Assembly (NCBI GenBank): GCA_002189035.1
Contig: NEEC01000195.1
Coordinates: 1-64,000 of the forward strand
DNA: 64,000 bases
Direction of reading: 5' to 3'
Origin: Utricularia gibba
Lineage: Eukaryota > Plantae > Magnoliophyta
Shown here one piece after another: positions 36,901 through 51,900 of this stretch (its first letter is position 1; each line of letters starts with the position of its first letter). The position numbers and the translations under genes are program-made. A model generated the notes under the pieces. The model did no database searches and was not told the origin of the DNA. It was given only the letters and a program-made list of their open reading frames with translations.

Positions 36901-39900
36901 CTCGTTTTGTGGCGGCCAGTCTCGCTGGGAACTTGGTCCTTGACCCGATTCTGTATGGCTCATGAGGTCAACTGGATGCAAATCGATTAAAAAAAATGAT
37001 CCATTTGTTTAAATTACGATGTCACGTGCACCCCACATGATTTTTTCAACAACTTACTTTATACTTGAGGAGGCGGTCTTGGGGCACTTGGAACGGAAAA
37101 AGATCAGCTTAGGCCTTGCCCAAAGTAAGTTGTAGTCCGGCAAATAAAGTGATGTATTTATTATCGTTCGGTTTTCGGGGGCTGCCTACATGGTTTTTCA
37201 AGGAACCGCTTCTCGTTTTGTGGCGGCCAGTCTCGCTGGAAACTTGGTCCTTGACCCCGATTCTGTATGGCTCATGAGGTCAACTGGATGCAAATCGATT
37301 AAAAAAAATGATGCATTTGTTTAAATTACGATGTCACGTGCACCCCACATGATTTTTTTAACAACTACTTTATACTGAGGAGGCGGTCTTGGGGGCACTT
37401 GGAACCGGAAAAAGGTCAGCTTAGGCCTTGGCCCAAAGTAGTTGTAGCCCGGCAAAGAAAGTGATGTATTTATTAACGTTCGGTTTTCGGTGTTGCCTAC
37501 ATGGTTTTTCAAGGAACAGCTTCTCGTTTTGTGGCGGCCAGTCTCGCTAGGAACTTGGTCCGGGCCCGCGATTCTTTATGGCTCATGAGGACAAAAGGAT
37601 GCAAATCGATGAATACAATGTTGCATTTGTTTAAATTGCGATATCACGTGCACCCCACATGATTTTTTCAACAACTTACTTTATACTTGAGCAGGCGGTC
37701 TTTGGGTGCACCTGGAACGGGACAAAGGTAAGGTTTGGCTTGCAAGAGTTAGTTGTAGTCCGGCAAATAAAGTGATGTATTTATTATCGTTCGGTTTTCG
37801 GGGGCTGCCTACATGGTTTTTCAAGGAACCGCTTCTCGTTTTGTGGCGGCCAGTCTCGCTGGGAACTTGGTCCTTGACCCCGATTCTGTATGGCTCATGA
37901 GGTCAACTGGATGCAAATCGATTAAAAAAAATGATGCATTTGTTTAAATTATGATGTCACGTGCACCCCACATGATTTTTTCAACAACTTACTTTATACT
38001 TGAGAAGGCGGTCTTTGGGGCACTTGGAACCGGAAAAAGATCAGCTTAGGCCTTGGCCCAAAGTAAGTTGTAGCCCGGCAAAGAAAGTGATGTATTTATT
38101 AACGTTCGGTTTTCGGTGTTGCCTACATGGTTTTTCAAGGAACAGCTTCTCGTTTTGTGGCGGCCAGTCTCGCTAGGAACTTGGTCCGGGCCCGCGATTC
38201 TTTATGGCTCATGAGGACAAAAGGATGCAAATCGATGAATACAATGTTGCATTTGTTTAAATTGCGATATCACGTGCACCCCACATGATTTTTTCAACAA
38301 CTTACTTTATACTTGAGCAGGCGGTCTTTGGGTGCACCTGGAACGGGACAAAGGTAAGGTTTGGCTTGCACCGAGAGTTAGTTGTAGTCCGGCAAATAAA
38401 GTGATGTATTTATTATCGTTCGGTTTTCGGGGGCTGCCTACATGGTTTTTCAAGGAACCGCTTCTCGTTTTGTGGCGGCCAGTCTCGCTGGGAACTTGGT
38501 CCTTGACCCCGATTCTGTATGGCTCATGAGGTCAACTGGATGCAAATCGATTAAAAAAAATGATGCATTTGTTTAAATTACGATGTCACGTGCACCCCAC
38601 ATGATTTTTTTAAACAACTACTTTATACTGAGGAGGCGGTCTTGGGGGCACTTGGAACCGGAAAAAGATCAGCTTAGGCCTTGGCCCAAAGTAAGTTGTA
38701 GCCCGGCAAAGAAAGTGATGTATTTATTAACGTTCGGTTTTCGGTGTTGCCTACATGGTTTTTCAAGGAACAGCTTCTCGTTTTGTGCGGCCAGTCTCGC
38801 TAGGAACTTGGTCCGGGCCCGCGATTCTTTATGGCTCATGAGGACAAAAGGATGCAAATCGATGAATACAATGTTGCATTTGTTTAAATTGCGATATCAC
38901 GTGCACCCCACATGATTTTTTCAACAACTTACTTTATACTGAGCAGGCGGTCTTTGGGGCACTTGGAACGGAAAAGGTTTAGGCTTGGCCCAAAGTAAGT
39001 TGTAGTCCGGCAAATAAAGTGATGTATTTATTATCGTTCGGTTTTCGGGGGCTGCCTACATGGTTTTTCAAGGAACCGCTTCTCGTTTGTGGCGGCCAGT
39101 CTCGCTGGGAACTTGGTCCTTGACCCCGATTCTGTATGGCTCATGAGGTCAACTGGATGCAAATCGATTAAAAAAAAATGATGCATTTGTTTAAATTACG
39201 ATGTCACGTGCACCCCACATGATTTTTTAACAACATACTTTATACTTGAGAGGCGGTCTTTGGGGCACTTGGAACCGGAAAAAGGTCAGCTTAGGCCTTG
39301 GCCCAAAGTAAGTTGTAGCCCGGCAAAGAAAGTGATGTATTTATTAACGTTCGGTTTTCGGTGTTGCCTACATGGTTTTTCAAGGAACAGCTTCTCGTTT
39401 TGTGGCGGCCAGTCTCGCTAGGAACTTGGTCCGGGCCCGATTCTTATGGCTCATGAGGACAAAAGGATGCAAATCGATGAATACAATGTTGCATTTGTTT
39501 AAATTGCGATATCACGTGCACCCCACATGATTTTTTCAACAACTTACTTTATACTTGAGCAGGCGGTCTTTGGGTGCACCTGGAACGGGACAAAGGTAGG
39601 TTTGGCTTGCACGAGAGTTAGTTGTAGTCCGGCAAATAAAGTGATGTATTTATTATCGTTCGGTTTTCGGGGCTGCCTACATGGTTTTTCAAGGAACCGC
39701 TTCTCGTTTTGTGGCGGCCAGTCTCGCTGGGAACTTGGTCCTTGACCCCGATTCTGTATGGCTCATGAGGTCAACTGGATGCAAATCGATTAAAAAAAAT
39801 GATCCATTTGTTTAAATTATGATGTCACGTGCACCCCACATGATTTTTTCAACAACTTACTTTATACTTGAGAAGGCGGTCTTTGGGTGCACTTGGAACC

Positions 39901-42900
39901 GGAAAAAGATCAGCTTAGGCCTTGGCCAAAGTAAGTTGTAGCCCGGCAAAGAAAGTGATGTATTTATTAACGTTCGGTTTTCGGTGTTGCCTACATGGTT
40001 TTTCAAGGAACAGCTTCTCGTTTTGTGGCGGCCAGTCTCGCTAGGAACTTGGTCCGGGCCCGCGATTCTTTATGGCTCATGAGGACAAAAGGATGCAAAT
40101 CGATGAATACAATGTTGCATTTGTTTAAATTGCGATATCACGTGCACCCCACATGATTTTTTCAACAACTTACTTTATACTTGAGCAGGCGGTCTTTGGG
40201 GCACTGGAACGGAAAAAGGTAGGTTTGGCTTGCCCGAAGTTAGTTGTAGTCCGGCAAATAAAGTGATGTATTTATTATCGTTCGGTTTTCGGGGGCTGCC
40301 TACATGGTTTTTCAAGGAACCGCTTCTCGTTTTGTGGCGGCCAGTCTCGCTGGAACTTGGTCCTTGACCCCGATTCTGTATGGCTCATGAGGTCAACTGG
40401 ATGCAAATCGATTAAAAAAAATGATGCATTTGTTTAAATTACGATGTCACGTGCACCCCACATGATTTTTTTAACAACTACTTTATACATGAGGAGGCGG
40501 TCTTGGGGGGCACTTGGAACCGGAAAAAGGTCAGCTTAGGCCTTGGCCCAAAGTAAGTTGTAGCCCGGCAAAGAAAGTGATGTATTTATTAACGTTCGGT
40601 TTTCGGTGTTGCCTACATGGTTTTCAAGGAACAGCTTCTCGTTTTGTGGCGGCCAGTCTCGCTAGGAACTTGGTCCGGGCCCGCGATTCTTTATGGCTCA
40701 TGAGGACAAAAGGATGCAAATCGATGAATACAATGTTGCATTTGTTTAAATTGCGATATCACGTGCACCCCACATGATTTTTTCAACAACTTACTTTATA
40801 CTTGAGCAGGCGGTCTTTGGGTGCACCTGGAACGGGACAAAGGTAGGTTTGGCTTGCACAGAGTTAGTTGTAGTCCGGCAAAAAAAGTGATGTATTTTAT
40901 TATCGTTCGGTTTTCGGGGGCTGCCTACATGGTTTTTCAAGGAACCGCTTCTCGTTTTGTGGCGGCCAGTCTCGCTGGGAACTTGGTCCTTGACCCCGAT
41001 TCTGTATGGCTCATGAGGTCAACTGGATGCAAATCGATTAAAAAAAATGATGCATTTGTTTAAATTACGATGTCACGTGCACCCCACATGATTTTTTTTA
41101 ACAACATACTTTATACATGAGAGGCGGTCTTTGGGGGCACTTGGAACCGGAAAAAGGTCAGCTTAGGCCTTGGCCCAAAGTAAGTTGTAGCCCGGCAAAG
41201 AAAGTGATGTATTTATTAACGTTCGGTTTTCGGTGTTGCCTACATGGTTTTTCAAGGAACAGCTTCTCGTTTTGTGGCGGCCAGTCTCGCTAGGAACTTG
41301 GTCCGGGCCCGCGATTCTTTATGGCTCATGAGGACAAAAGGATGCAAATCGATGAATACAATGTTGCATTTGTTTAAATTGCGATATCACGTGCACCCCA
41401 CATGATTTTTTCAACAACTTACTTTATACTTGAGGAGGCGGTCTTTGGGGCACTTGGAACGGAAAAGATAGGTTTGGCTTGCCCAAAGTAAGTTGTAGTC
41501 CGGCAAATAAAGTGATGTATTTATTATCGTTCGGTTTTCGGGGCTGCCTACATGGTTTTTCAAGGAACCGCTTCTCGTTTTGTGGCGGCCAGTCTCGCTG
41601 GGAACTTGGTCCTTGACCCCGATTCTGTATGGCTCATGAGGTCAACTGGATGCAAATCGATTAAAAAAAATGATCATTTGTTTAAATTACGATGTCACGT
41701 GCACCCCACATGATTTTTTTAACAACATACTTTATACTGAGGAGGCGGTCTTGGGGGCACTTGGAACCGGAAAAAGGTCAGCTTAGGCCTTGGCCCAAAG
41801 TAAGTTGTAGCCCGGCAAAGAAAGTGATGTATTTATTAACGTTCGGTTTTCGGTGTTGCCTACATGGTTTTTCAAGGAACAGCTTCTCGTTTTGTGGCGG
41901 CCAGTCTCGCTAGGAACTTGTCCGGGCCGCGATTCTTTATGGCTCATGAGGACAAAAGGATGCAAATCGATGAATACAATGTTGCATTTGTTTAAATTGC
42001 GATATCACGTGCACCCACATGATTTTTTCAACAACTTACTTTATACTTGAGCAGGCGGTCTTTGGTGCACCTGGAACGGACAAAGGTAAGGTTTGGCTTG
42101 CACGAGAGTTAGTTGTAGTCCGGCAAATAAAGTGATGTATTTATTATCGTTCGGTTTTCGGGGCTGCCTACATGGTTTTTCAAGGAACCGCTTCTCGTTT
42201 TGTGGCGGCCAGTCTCGCTGGGAACTTGGTCCTTGACCCCGATTCTGTATGGCTCATGAGGTCAACTGGATGCAAATCGATTAAAAAAAATGATGCATTT
42301 GTTTAAATTACGATGTCACGTGCACCCCACATGATTTTTTAACAACATACTTTATACATGAGGAGGCGGTCTTGGGGGCACTTGGAACCGGAAAAAGGTC
42401 AGCTTAGGCCTTGGCCCAAAGTAAGTTGTAGCCCGGCAAAGAAAGTGATGTATTTATTAACGTTCGGTTTTCGGTGTTGCCTACATGGTTTTTCAAGGAA
42501 CAGCTTCTCGTTTTGTGGCGGCCAGTCTCGCTAGGAACTTGGTCCGGGCCCGCGATTCTTTATGGCTCATGAGGACAAAAGGATGCAAATCGATGAATAC
42601 AATGTTGCATTTGTTTAAATTGCGATATCACGTGCACCCCACATGATTTTTTCAACAACTTACTTTATACTTGAGGAGGCGGTCTTTGGGTGCACTGGAA
42701 CGGAAAAAGTAAGCTTGGCTTGCCCAAAGTAGTTGTAGTCCGGCAAATAAAGTGATGTATTTATTATCGTTCGGTTTTCGGGGCTGCCTACATGGTTTTT
42801 CAAGAACCGCTTCTCGTTTTGTGGCGGCCAGTCTCGCTGGGAACTTGGTCCTTGACCCCGATTCTGTATGGCTCATGAGGTCAACTGGATGCAAATCGAT

Positions 42901-45900
42901 TAAAAAAAATGATGCATTTGTTTAAATTACGATGTCACGTGCACCCCACATGATTTTTTTAACAACATACTTTATACATGAGGAGGCGGTCTTGGGGGGC
43001 ACTTGGAACCGGAAAAAGGTCAGCTTAGGCCTTGGCCCAAAGTAAGTTGTAGCCCGGCAAAGAAAGTGATGTATTTATTAACGTTCGGTTTTCGGTGTTG
43101 CCTACATGGTTTTTCAAGGAACAGCTTCTCGTTTTGTGGCGGCCAGTCTCGCTAGGAACTTGGTCCGGGCCCGCGATTCTTTATGGCTCATGAGGACAAA
43201 AGGATGCAAATCGATGAATACAATGTTGCATTTGTTTAAATTGCGATATCACGTGCACCCCACATGATTTTTTCAACAACTTACTTTATACTTGAGCAGG
43301 CGGTCTTTGGGTGCACTGGAACGGGACAAAGGTAAGGTTTGGCTTGCACCGAGAGTTAGTTGTAGTCCGGCAAATAAAGTGATGTATTTATTATCGTTCG
43401 GTTTTCGGGGCTGCCTACATGGTTTTTCAAGGAACCGCTTCTCGTTTTGTGGCGGCCAGTCTCGCTGGGAACTTGGTCCTTGACCCCGATTCTGTATGGC
43501 TCATGAGGTCAACTGGATGCAAATCGATTAAAAAAAATGATCCATTTGTTTAAATTATGATGTCACGTGCACCCCACATGATTTTTTCAACAACTTACTT
43601 TATACTTGAGAGGCGGTCTTTGGGTGCACTTGGAACCGGAAAAAGATCAGCTTAGGCCTTGGCCCAAAGTAAGTTGTAGCCCGGCAAAGAAAGTGATGTA
43701 TTTATTAACGTTCGGTTTTCGGTGTTGCCTACATGGTTTTTCAAGGAACAGCTTCTCGTTTTGTGGCGGCCAGTCTCGCTGGGAACTTGGTCCTTGACCC
43801 CGATTCTGTATGGCTCATGAGGTCAACTGATGCAAATCGATTAAAAAAAATGATGCATTTGTTTAAATTGCGATATCACGTGCACCCCACATGATTTTTT
43901 CAACAACTTACTTTATACTTGAGAGGCGGTCTTGGGTGCACTTGGAACCGGAAAAAGATCAGCTTAGGCCTTGGCCCAAAGTAAGTTGTAGCCCGGCAAA
44001 GAAAGTGATGTATTTATTAACGTTCGGTTTTCGGTGTTGCCTACATGGTTTTTCAAGGAACAGCTTCTCGTTTTGTGGCGGCCAGTCTCGCTAGGAACTT
44101 GGTCCGGGCCGCGATTCTTTATGGCTCATGAGGACAAAAGGATGCAAATCGATGAATACAATGTTGCATTTGTTTAAATTGCGATATCACGTGCACCCCA
44201 CATGATTTTTTCAACAACTTACTTTATACTTGAGCAGGCGGTCTTTGGGTGCACCTGGAACGGACAAAGGTCAGGTTTGGCTTGCCGAGAGTTAGTTGTA
44301 GTCCGGCAAATAAAGTGATGTATTTATTATCGTTCGGTTTTCGGGGGCTGCCTACATGGTTTTTCAAGGAACCGCTTCTCGTTTTGTGGCGGCCAGTCTC
44401 GCTGGGAACTTGGTCCTTGACCCCGATTCTGTATGGCTCATGAGGTCAACTGGATGCAAATCGATTAAAAAAAATGATGCATTTGTTTAAATTACGATGT
44501 CACGTGCACCCCACATGATTTTTTCAACAACTTACTTTATACTTGAGAGGCGGTCTTTGGGTGCACTTGGAACCGGAAAAAGATCAGCTTAGGCCTTGGC
44601 CCAAAGTAAGTTGTAGCCCGGCAAATAAAGTGATGTATTTATTATCGTTCGGTTTTCGGGGCTGCCTACATGGTTTTTCAAGGAACCGCTTCTCGTTTTG
44701 TGGCGGCCAGTCTCGCTGGGAACTTGGTCCTTGACCCCGATTCTGTATGGCTCATGAGGTCAACTGGATGCAAATCGATTAAAAAAAATGATGCATTTGT
44801 TTAAATTACGATGTCACGTGCACCCCACATGATTTTTTAACAACATACTTTATACATGAGGAGGCGGTCTTGGGGCACTTGGAACCGGAAAAAGGTCAGC
44901 TTAGGCCTTGGCCCAAAGTAAGTTGTAGCCCGGCAAAGAAAGTGATGTATTTATTAACGTTCGGTTTTCGGTGTTGCCTACATGGTTTTTCAAGGAACAG
45001 CTTCTCGTTTTGTGGCGGCCAGTCTCGCTAGGAACTTGGTCCGGGCCCGCGATTCTTTATGGCTCATGAGGACAAAAGGATGCAAATCGATGAATACAAT
45101 GTTGCATTTGTTTAAATTGCGATATCACGTGCACCCCACATGATTTTTTCAACAACTTACTTTATACTTGAGGAGGCGGTCTTGGGGGCACTGGAACGGA
45201 AAAAGTCAGCTTAGGCTTGGCCAAAGTTAGTTGTAGTCCGGCAAATAAAGTGATGTATTTATTATCGTTCGGTTTTCGGGGGCTGCCTACATGGTTTTTC
45301 AAGGAACCGCTTCTCGTTTTGTGGCGGCCAGTCTCGCTGGAACTTGGTCCTTGACCCCGATTCTGTATGGCTCATGAGGTCAACTGGATGCAAATCGATT
45401 AAAAAAAATGATGCATTTGTTTAAATTACGATGTCACGTGCACCCCACATTTTTTTAACAACATACTTTATACATGAGAGGCGGTCTTGGGGGCACTTGG
45501 AACCGGAAAAAGTCAGCTTAGGCCTTGGCCCAAAGTAAGTTGTAGCCCGGCAAAGAAAGTGATGTATTTATTAACGTTCGGTTTTCGGTGTTGCCTACAT
45601 GGTTTTTCAAGGAACAGCTTCTCGTTTTGTGGCGGCCAGTCTCGCTAGGAACTTGGTCCGGGCCGCGATTCTTTATGGCTCATGAGGACAAAAGGATGCA
45701 AATCGATGAATACAATGTTGCATTTGTTTAAATTGCGATATCACGTGCACCCACATGATTTTTTCAACAACTTACTTTATACTTGCAGGCGGTCTTTGGG
45801 TGCACTGGAACGGGACAAAGGTCAGGTTTGGCTTGCCGAGAGTTAGTTGTAGTCCGGCAAATAAAGTGATGTATTTATTATCGTTCGGTTTTCGGGGCTG

Positions 45901-48900
45901 CCTACATGGTTTTTCAGGAACCGCTTCTCGTTTTGTGGCGGCCAGTCTCGCTGGGAACTTGGTCCTTGACCCCGATTCTGTATGGCTCATGAGGTCAACT
46001 GGATGCAAATCGATTAAAAAAATGATGCATTTGTTTAAATTATGATGTCACGTGCACCCCACATGATTTTTTCAACAACTTACTTTATACTTGAGAAGGC
46101 GGTCTTTGGGTGCACTTGGAACCGGAAAAAGATCAGCTTAGGCCTTGGCCCAAAGTAAGTTGTAGCCCGGCAAAGAAAGTGATGTATTTATTAACGTTCG
46201 GTTTTCGGTGTTGCCTACATGGTTTTTCAAGGAACAGCTTCTCGTTTTGTGGCGGCCAGTCTCGCTGGGAACTTGGTCCTTGACCCCGATTCTGTATGGC
46301 TCATGAGGTCAACTGGATGCAAATCGATTAAAAAAAATGATGCATTTGTTTAAATTGCGATGTCACGTGCACCCACATGATTTTTTCAACAACTTACTTT
46401 ATACTTGAGAAGGCGGTCTTTGGGTGCACTTGGAACCGGAAAAAGATCAGCTTAGGCCTTGGCCCAAAGTAAGTTGTAGCCCGGCAAAGAAAGTGATGTA
46501 TTTATTAACGTTCGGTTTTCGGTGTTGCCTACATGGTTTTTCAAGGAACAGCTTCTCGTTTTGTGGCGGCCAGTCTCGCTAGGAACTTGGTCCGGGCCCG
46601 CGATTCTTTATGGCTCATGAGGACAAAAGGATGCAAATCGATGAATACAATGTTGCATTTGTTTAAATTGCGATATCACGTGCACCCCACATGATTTTTT
46701 CAACAACTTACTTTATACTTGAGCAGGCGGTCTTTGGGTGCACTTGGAACGGGACAAAGGTAAGGTTTGGCTTGCACCGAGAGTTAGTTGTAGTCCGGCA
46801 AATAAAGTGATGTATTTATTATCGTTCGGTTTTCGGGGCTGCCTACATGGTTTTTCAAGGAACCGCTTCTCGTTTTGTGGCGGCCAGTCTCGCTGGGAAC
46901 TTGGTCCTTGACCCCGATTCTGTATGGCTCATGAGGTCAACTGGATGCAAATCGATTAAAAAAATGATGCATTTGTTTAAATTACGATGTCACGTGCACC
47001 CCACATGATTTTTTAACAACATACTTTATACATGAGAGGCGGTCTTGGGGGCACTTGGAACCGGAAAAAGGTCAGCTTAGGCCTTGGCCCAAAGTAAGTT
47101 GTAGCCCGGCAAAGAAAGTGATGTATTTATTAACGTTCGGTTTTCGGTGTTGCCTACATGGTTTTTCAAGGAACAGCTTCTCGTTTTGTGGCGGCCAGTC
47201 TCGCACTTGGTCCGGGCCCGCGATTCTTTATGGCTCATGAGGACAAAAGGATGCAAATCGATGAATACAATGTTGCATTTGTTTAAATTGCGATATCACG
47301 TGCACCCCACATGATTTTTTCAACAACTTACTTTATACTTGAGCAGGCGGTCTTTGGGGCACTGGAACGGAAAAAGGTTGGCTTGGCCCAAAGTAGTTGT
47401 AGTCCGGCAAATAAGTGATGTATTTATTATCGTTCGGTTTTCGGGGCTGCCTACATGGTTTTTCAAGGAACGCTTCTCGTTTGTGGCGGCCAGTCTCGCT
47501 GGGAACTTGGTCCTTGACCCCGATTCTGTATGGCTCATGAGGTCAACTGGATGCAAATCGATTAAAAAAAATGATGCATTTGTTTAAATTACGATGTCAC
47601 GTGCACCCCACATGATTTTTTAACAACATACTTTATACATGAGGAGGCGGTCTGGGGGCACTTGAACCGGAAAAAGTCAGCTTAGGCCTTGGCCCAAAGT
47701 AAGTTGTAGCCCGGCAAAGAAAGTGATGTATTTATTAACGTTCGGTTTTCGGTGTTGCCTACATGGTTTTTCAAGGAACAGCTTCTCGTTTTGTGGCGGC
47801 CAGTCTCGCTAGGAACTTGGTCCGGGCCGCGATTCTTTATGGCTCATGAGGACAAAGGATGCAAATCGATGAATACAAATGTTGCATTTGTTTAAATTGC
47901 GATATCACGTGCACCCCACATGATTTTTTCAACAACTTACTTTATACTTGAGCAGGCGGTCTTTGGGTGCACCTGGAACGGGACAAGGTAAGGTTTGGCT
48001 TGCACGAGAGTTAGTTGTAGTCCGGCAAATAAAGTGATGTATTTATTATCGTTCGGTTTTCGGGCTGCCTACATGGTTTTTCAAGGAACCGCTTCTCGTT
48101 TTGTGGCGGCCAGTCTCGCTGGGAACTTGGTCCTTGACCCCGATTCTGTATGGCTCATGAGGTCAACTGGATGCAAATCGATTAAAAAAATGATCCATTT
48201 GTTTAAATTATGATGTCACGTGCACCCCACATGATTTTTTCAACAATTACTTTATACTTGAGAAGGCGGTTTTGGGTGCACTTGGAACCGGAAAAAGATC
48301 AGCTTAGGCCTTGGCCCAAAGTAAGTTGTAGCCGGCAAAGAAAGTGATGTATTTATTAACGTTCGGTTTTCGGTGTTGCCTACATGGTTTTTCAAGGAAC
48401 AGCTTCTCGTTTTGTGGCGGCCAGTCTCGCTGGAACTTGGTCCCCCCGATTCTTTATGGCTCATGAGGTCAACTGATGCAAATCGATGAAAAAATGTTGC
48501 ATTTGTTTAAATTGCGATATCACGTGCACCCACATGATTTTTTCAACAACTTACTTTATACTTGAGAGGCGGTCTTTGGGTGCACTTGGAACCGGAAAAG
48601 ATCAGCTTAGGCCTGGCCAAAGAGTTGTAGCCCGGCAAAGAAAGTGATGTATTTATTAACGTTCGGTTTTCGGTGTTGCCTACATGGTTTTTCAAGGAAC
48701 GCTTCTCGTTTGTGGCGGCCAGTCTCGCTGGAACTTGGTCCTTGACCCCGATTCTGTATGGCTCATGAGGTCAACTGATGCAAATCGATTAAAAAAAATG
48801 ATGCATTTGTTTAAATTGCGATGTCACGTGCACCCCACATGATTTTTTCAACAACTTACTTTATACTTGAGAAGGCGGTCTTTGGGTGCACTTGGAACCG

Positions 48901-51900
48901 GAAAAAGATCAGCTTAGGCCTTGGCCCAAAGTAAGTTGTAGCCCGGCAAAGAAAGTGATGTATTTATTAACGTTCGGTTTTCGGTGTTGCCTACATGGTT
49001 TTTCAAGGAACAGCTTCTCGTTTTGTGGCGGCCAGTCTCGCTAGGAACTTGGTCCGGGCCCGCGATTCTTTATGGCTCATGAGGACAAAAGGATGCAAAT
49101 CGATGAATACAATGTTGCATTTGTTTAAATTGCGATATCACGTGCACCCCACATGATTTTTTCAACAACTTACTTTATACTTGAGCAGGCGGTCTTTGGG
49201 TGCACTTGGAACGGGACAAAGGTAAGGTTTGGCTTGCACCGAGAGTTAGTTGTAGTCCGGCAAATAAAGTGATGTATTTATTATCGTTCGGTTTTCGGGG
49301 GCTGCCTACATGGTTTTTCAAGGAACCGCTTCTCGTTTTGTGGCGGCCAGTCTCGCTGGGAACTTGGTCCTTGACCCCGATTCTGTATGGCTCATGAGGT
49401 CAACTGGATGCAAATCGATTAAAAAAAATGATGCATTTGTTTAAATTACGATGTCACGTGCACCCCACATGATTTTTTAACAACATACTTTATACATGAG
49501 GAGGCGGTCTTGGGGGGCACTTGGAACCGGAAAAAGGTCAGCTTAGGCCTTGGCCCAAAGTAAGTTGTAGCCCGGCAAAGAAAGTGATGTATTTATTAAC
49601 GTTCGGTTTTCGGTGTTGCCTACATGGTTTTTCAAGGAACAGCTTCTCGTTTTGTGGCGGCCAGTCTCGCTAGGAACTTGGTCCGGGCCCGCGATTCTTT
49701 ATGGCTCATGAGGACAAAAGGATGCAAATCGATGAATACAATGTTGCATTTGTTTAAATTGCGATATCACGTGCACCCCACATGATTTTTTCAACAACTT
49801 ACTTTATACTTGAGGAGGCGGTCTTGGGGGCACCTGGAACGGAAAAATCAGCTTAGGCTTGCCAAAGTAAGTTGTAGTCCGGCAAATAAAGTGATGTATT
49901 TATTATCGTTCGGTTTTCGGGGGCTGCCTACATGGTTTTTCAAGGAACCGCTTCTCGTTTTGTGGCGGCCAGTCTCGCTGGGAACTTGGTCCTTGACCCC
50001 GATTCTGTATGGCTCATGAGGTCAACTGGATGCAAATCGATTAAAAAAAATGATGCATTTGTTTAAATTACGATGTCACGTGCACCCCACATGATTTTTT
50101 TAACAACATACTTTATACATGAGGAGGCGGTCTTGGGGGCACTTGGAACCGGAAAAAGGTCAGCTTAGGCCTTGGCCCAAAGTAAGTTGTAGCCCGGCAA
50201 AGAAAGTGATGTATTTATTAACGTTCGGTTTTCGGTGTTGCCTACATGGTTTTTCAAGGAACAGCTTCTCGTTTTGTGCGGCCAGTCTCGCTAGGAACTT
50301 GGTCCGGGCCGCGATTCTTTATGGCTCATGAGGACAAAAGGATGCAAATCGATGAATACAATGTTGCATTTGTTTAAATTGCGATATCACGTGCACCCCA
50401 CATGATTTTTTCAACAACTTACTTTATACTTGAGCAGGCGGTCTTTGGGTGCACCTGGAACGGGACAAAGTAGGTTTGGCTTGCGAGAGTTAGTTGTAGT
50501 CCGGCAAATAAAGTGATGTATTTATTATCGTTCGGTTTTCGGGGTGCCTACATGGTTTTTCAAGGAACCGCTTCTCGTTTTGTGGCGGCCAGTCTCGCTG
50601 GGAACTTGGTCCTTGACCCCGATTCTGTATGGCTCATGAGGTCAACTGGATGCAAATCGATTAAAAAAAATGATGCATTTGTTTAAATTATGATGTCACG
50701 TGCACCCCACATGATTTTTTCAACAACTTACTTTATACTTGAGAAGGCGGTCTTTGGGTGCACTTGGAACCGGAAAAAAGGTCAGCTTAGGCCTTGGCCC
50801 AAAGTAAGTTGTAGCCCGGCAAAGAAAGTGATGTATTTATTAACGTTCGGTTTTCGGGTTGCCTACATGGTTTTTCAAGGAACCGCTTCTCGTTTTGTGG
50901 CGGCCAGTCTCGCTGGGAACTTGGTCCTTGACCCCGATTCTGTATGGCTCATGAGGTCAACTGGATGCAAATCGATTAAAAAAATGATGCATTTGTTTAA
51001 ATTACGATATCACGTGCACCCCACATGATTTTTTCAACAACTTACTTTATACTTGAGAAGGCGGTCTTTGGGTGCACTTGGAACCGGAAAAAGATCAGCT
51101 TAGGCCTTGGCCCAAAGTAAGTTGTAGCCCGGCAAAGAAAGTGATGTATTTATTAACGTTCGGTTTTCGGTGTTGCCTACATGGTTTTTCAAGGAACAGC
51201 TTCTCGTTTTGTGGCGGCCAGTCTCGCTAGGAACTTGGTCCGGGCCCGCGATTCTTTATGGCTCATGAGGACAAAAGGATGCAAATCGATGAATACAATG
51301 TTGCATTTGTTTAAATTGCGATATCACGTGCACCCCACATGATTTTTTCAACAACTTACTTTATACTTGAGCAGGCGGTCTTTGGGTGCACCTGGAACGG
51401 GACAAAGGTAAGGTTTGGCTTGCCCGAGAGTTAGTTGTAGTCCGGCAAATAAAGTGATGTATTTATTATCGTTCGGTTTTCGGGGGCTGCCTACATGGTT
51501 TTTCAAGGAACCGCTTCTCGTTTTGTGGCGGCCAGTCTCGCTGGGAACTTTGGTCCTTGACCCCGATTCTGTATGGCTCATGAGGTCAACTGGATGCAAA
51601 TCGATTAAAAAAAATGATGCATTTGTTTAAATTACGATGTCACGTGCACCCACATGATTTTTTCAACAACTTTATACTGAGGAGGCGGTCTTGGGGGGCA
51701 CTTGGAACCGGAAAAAGGTCAGCTTAGGCCTTGGCCCAAAGTAAGTTGTAGCCCGGCAAAGAAAGTGATGTATTTATTAACGTTCGGTTTTCGGTGTTGC
51801 CTACATGGTTTTTCAAGGAACAGCTTCTCGTTTTGGCGGCCAGTCTCGCTAGGAACTTGGTCCGGGCCCGCGATTCTTTATGGCTCATGAGGACAAAAGG

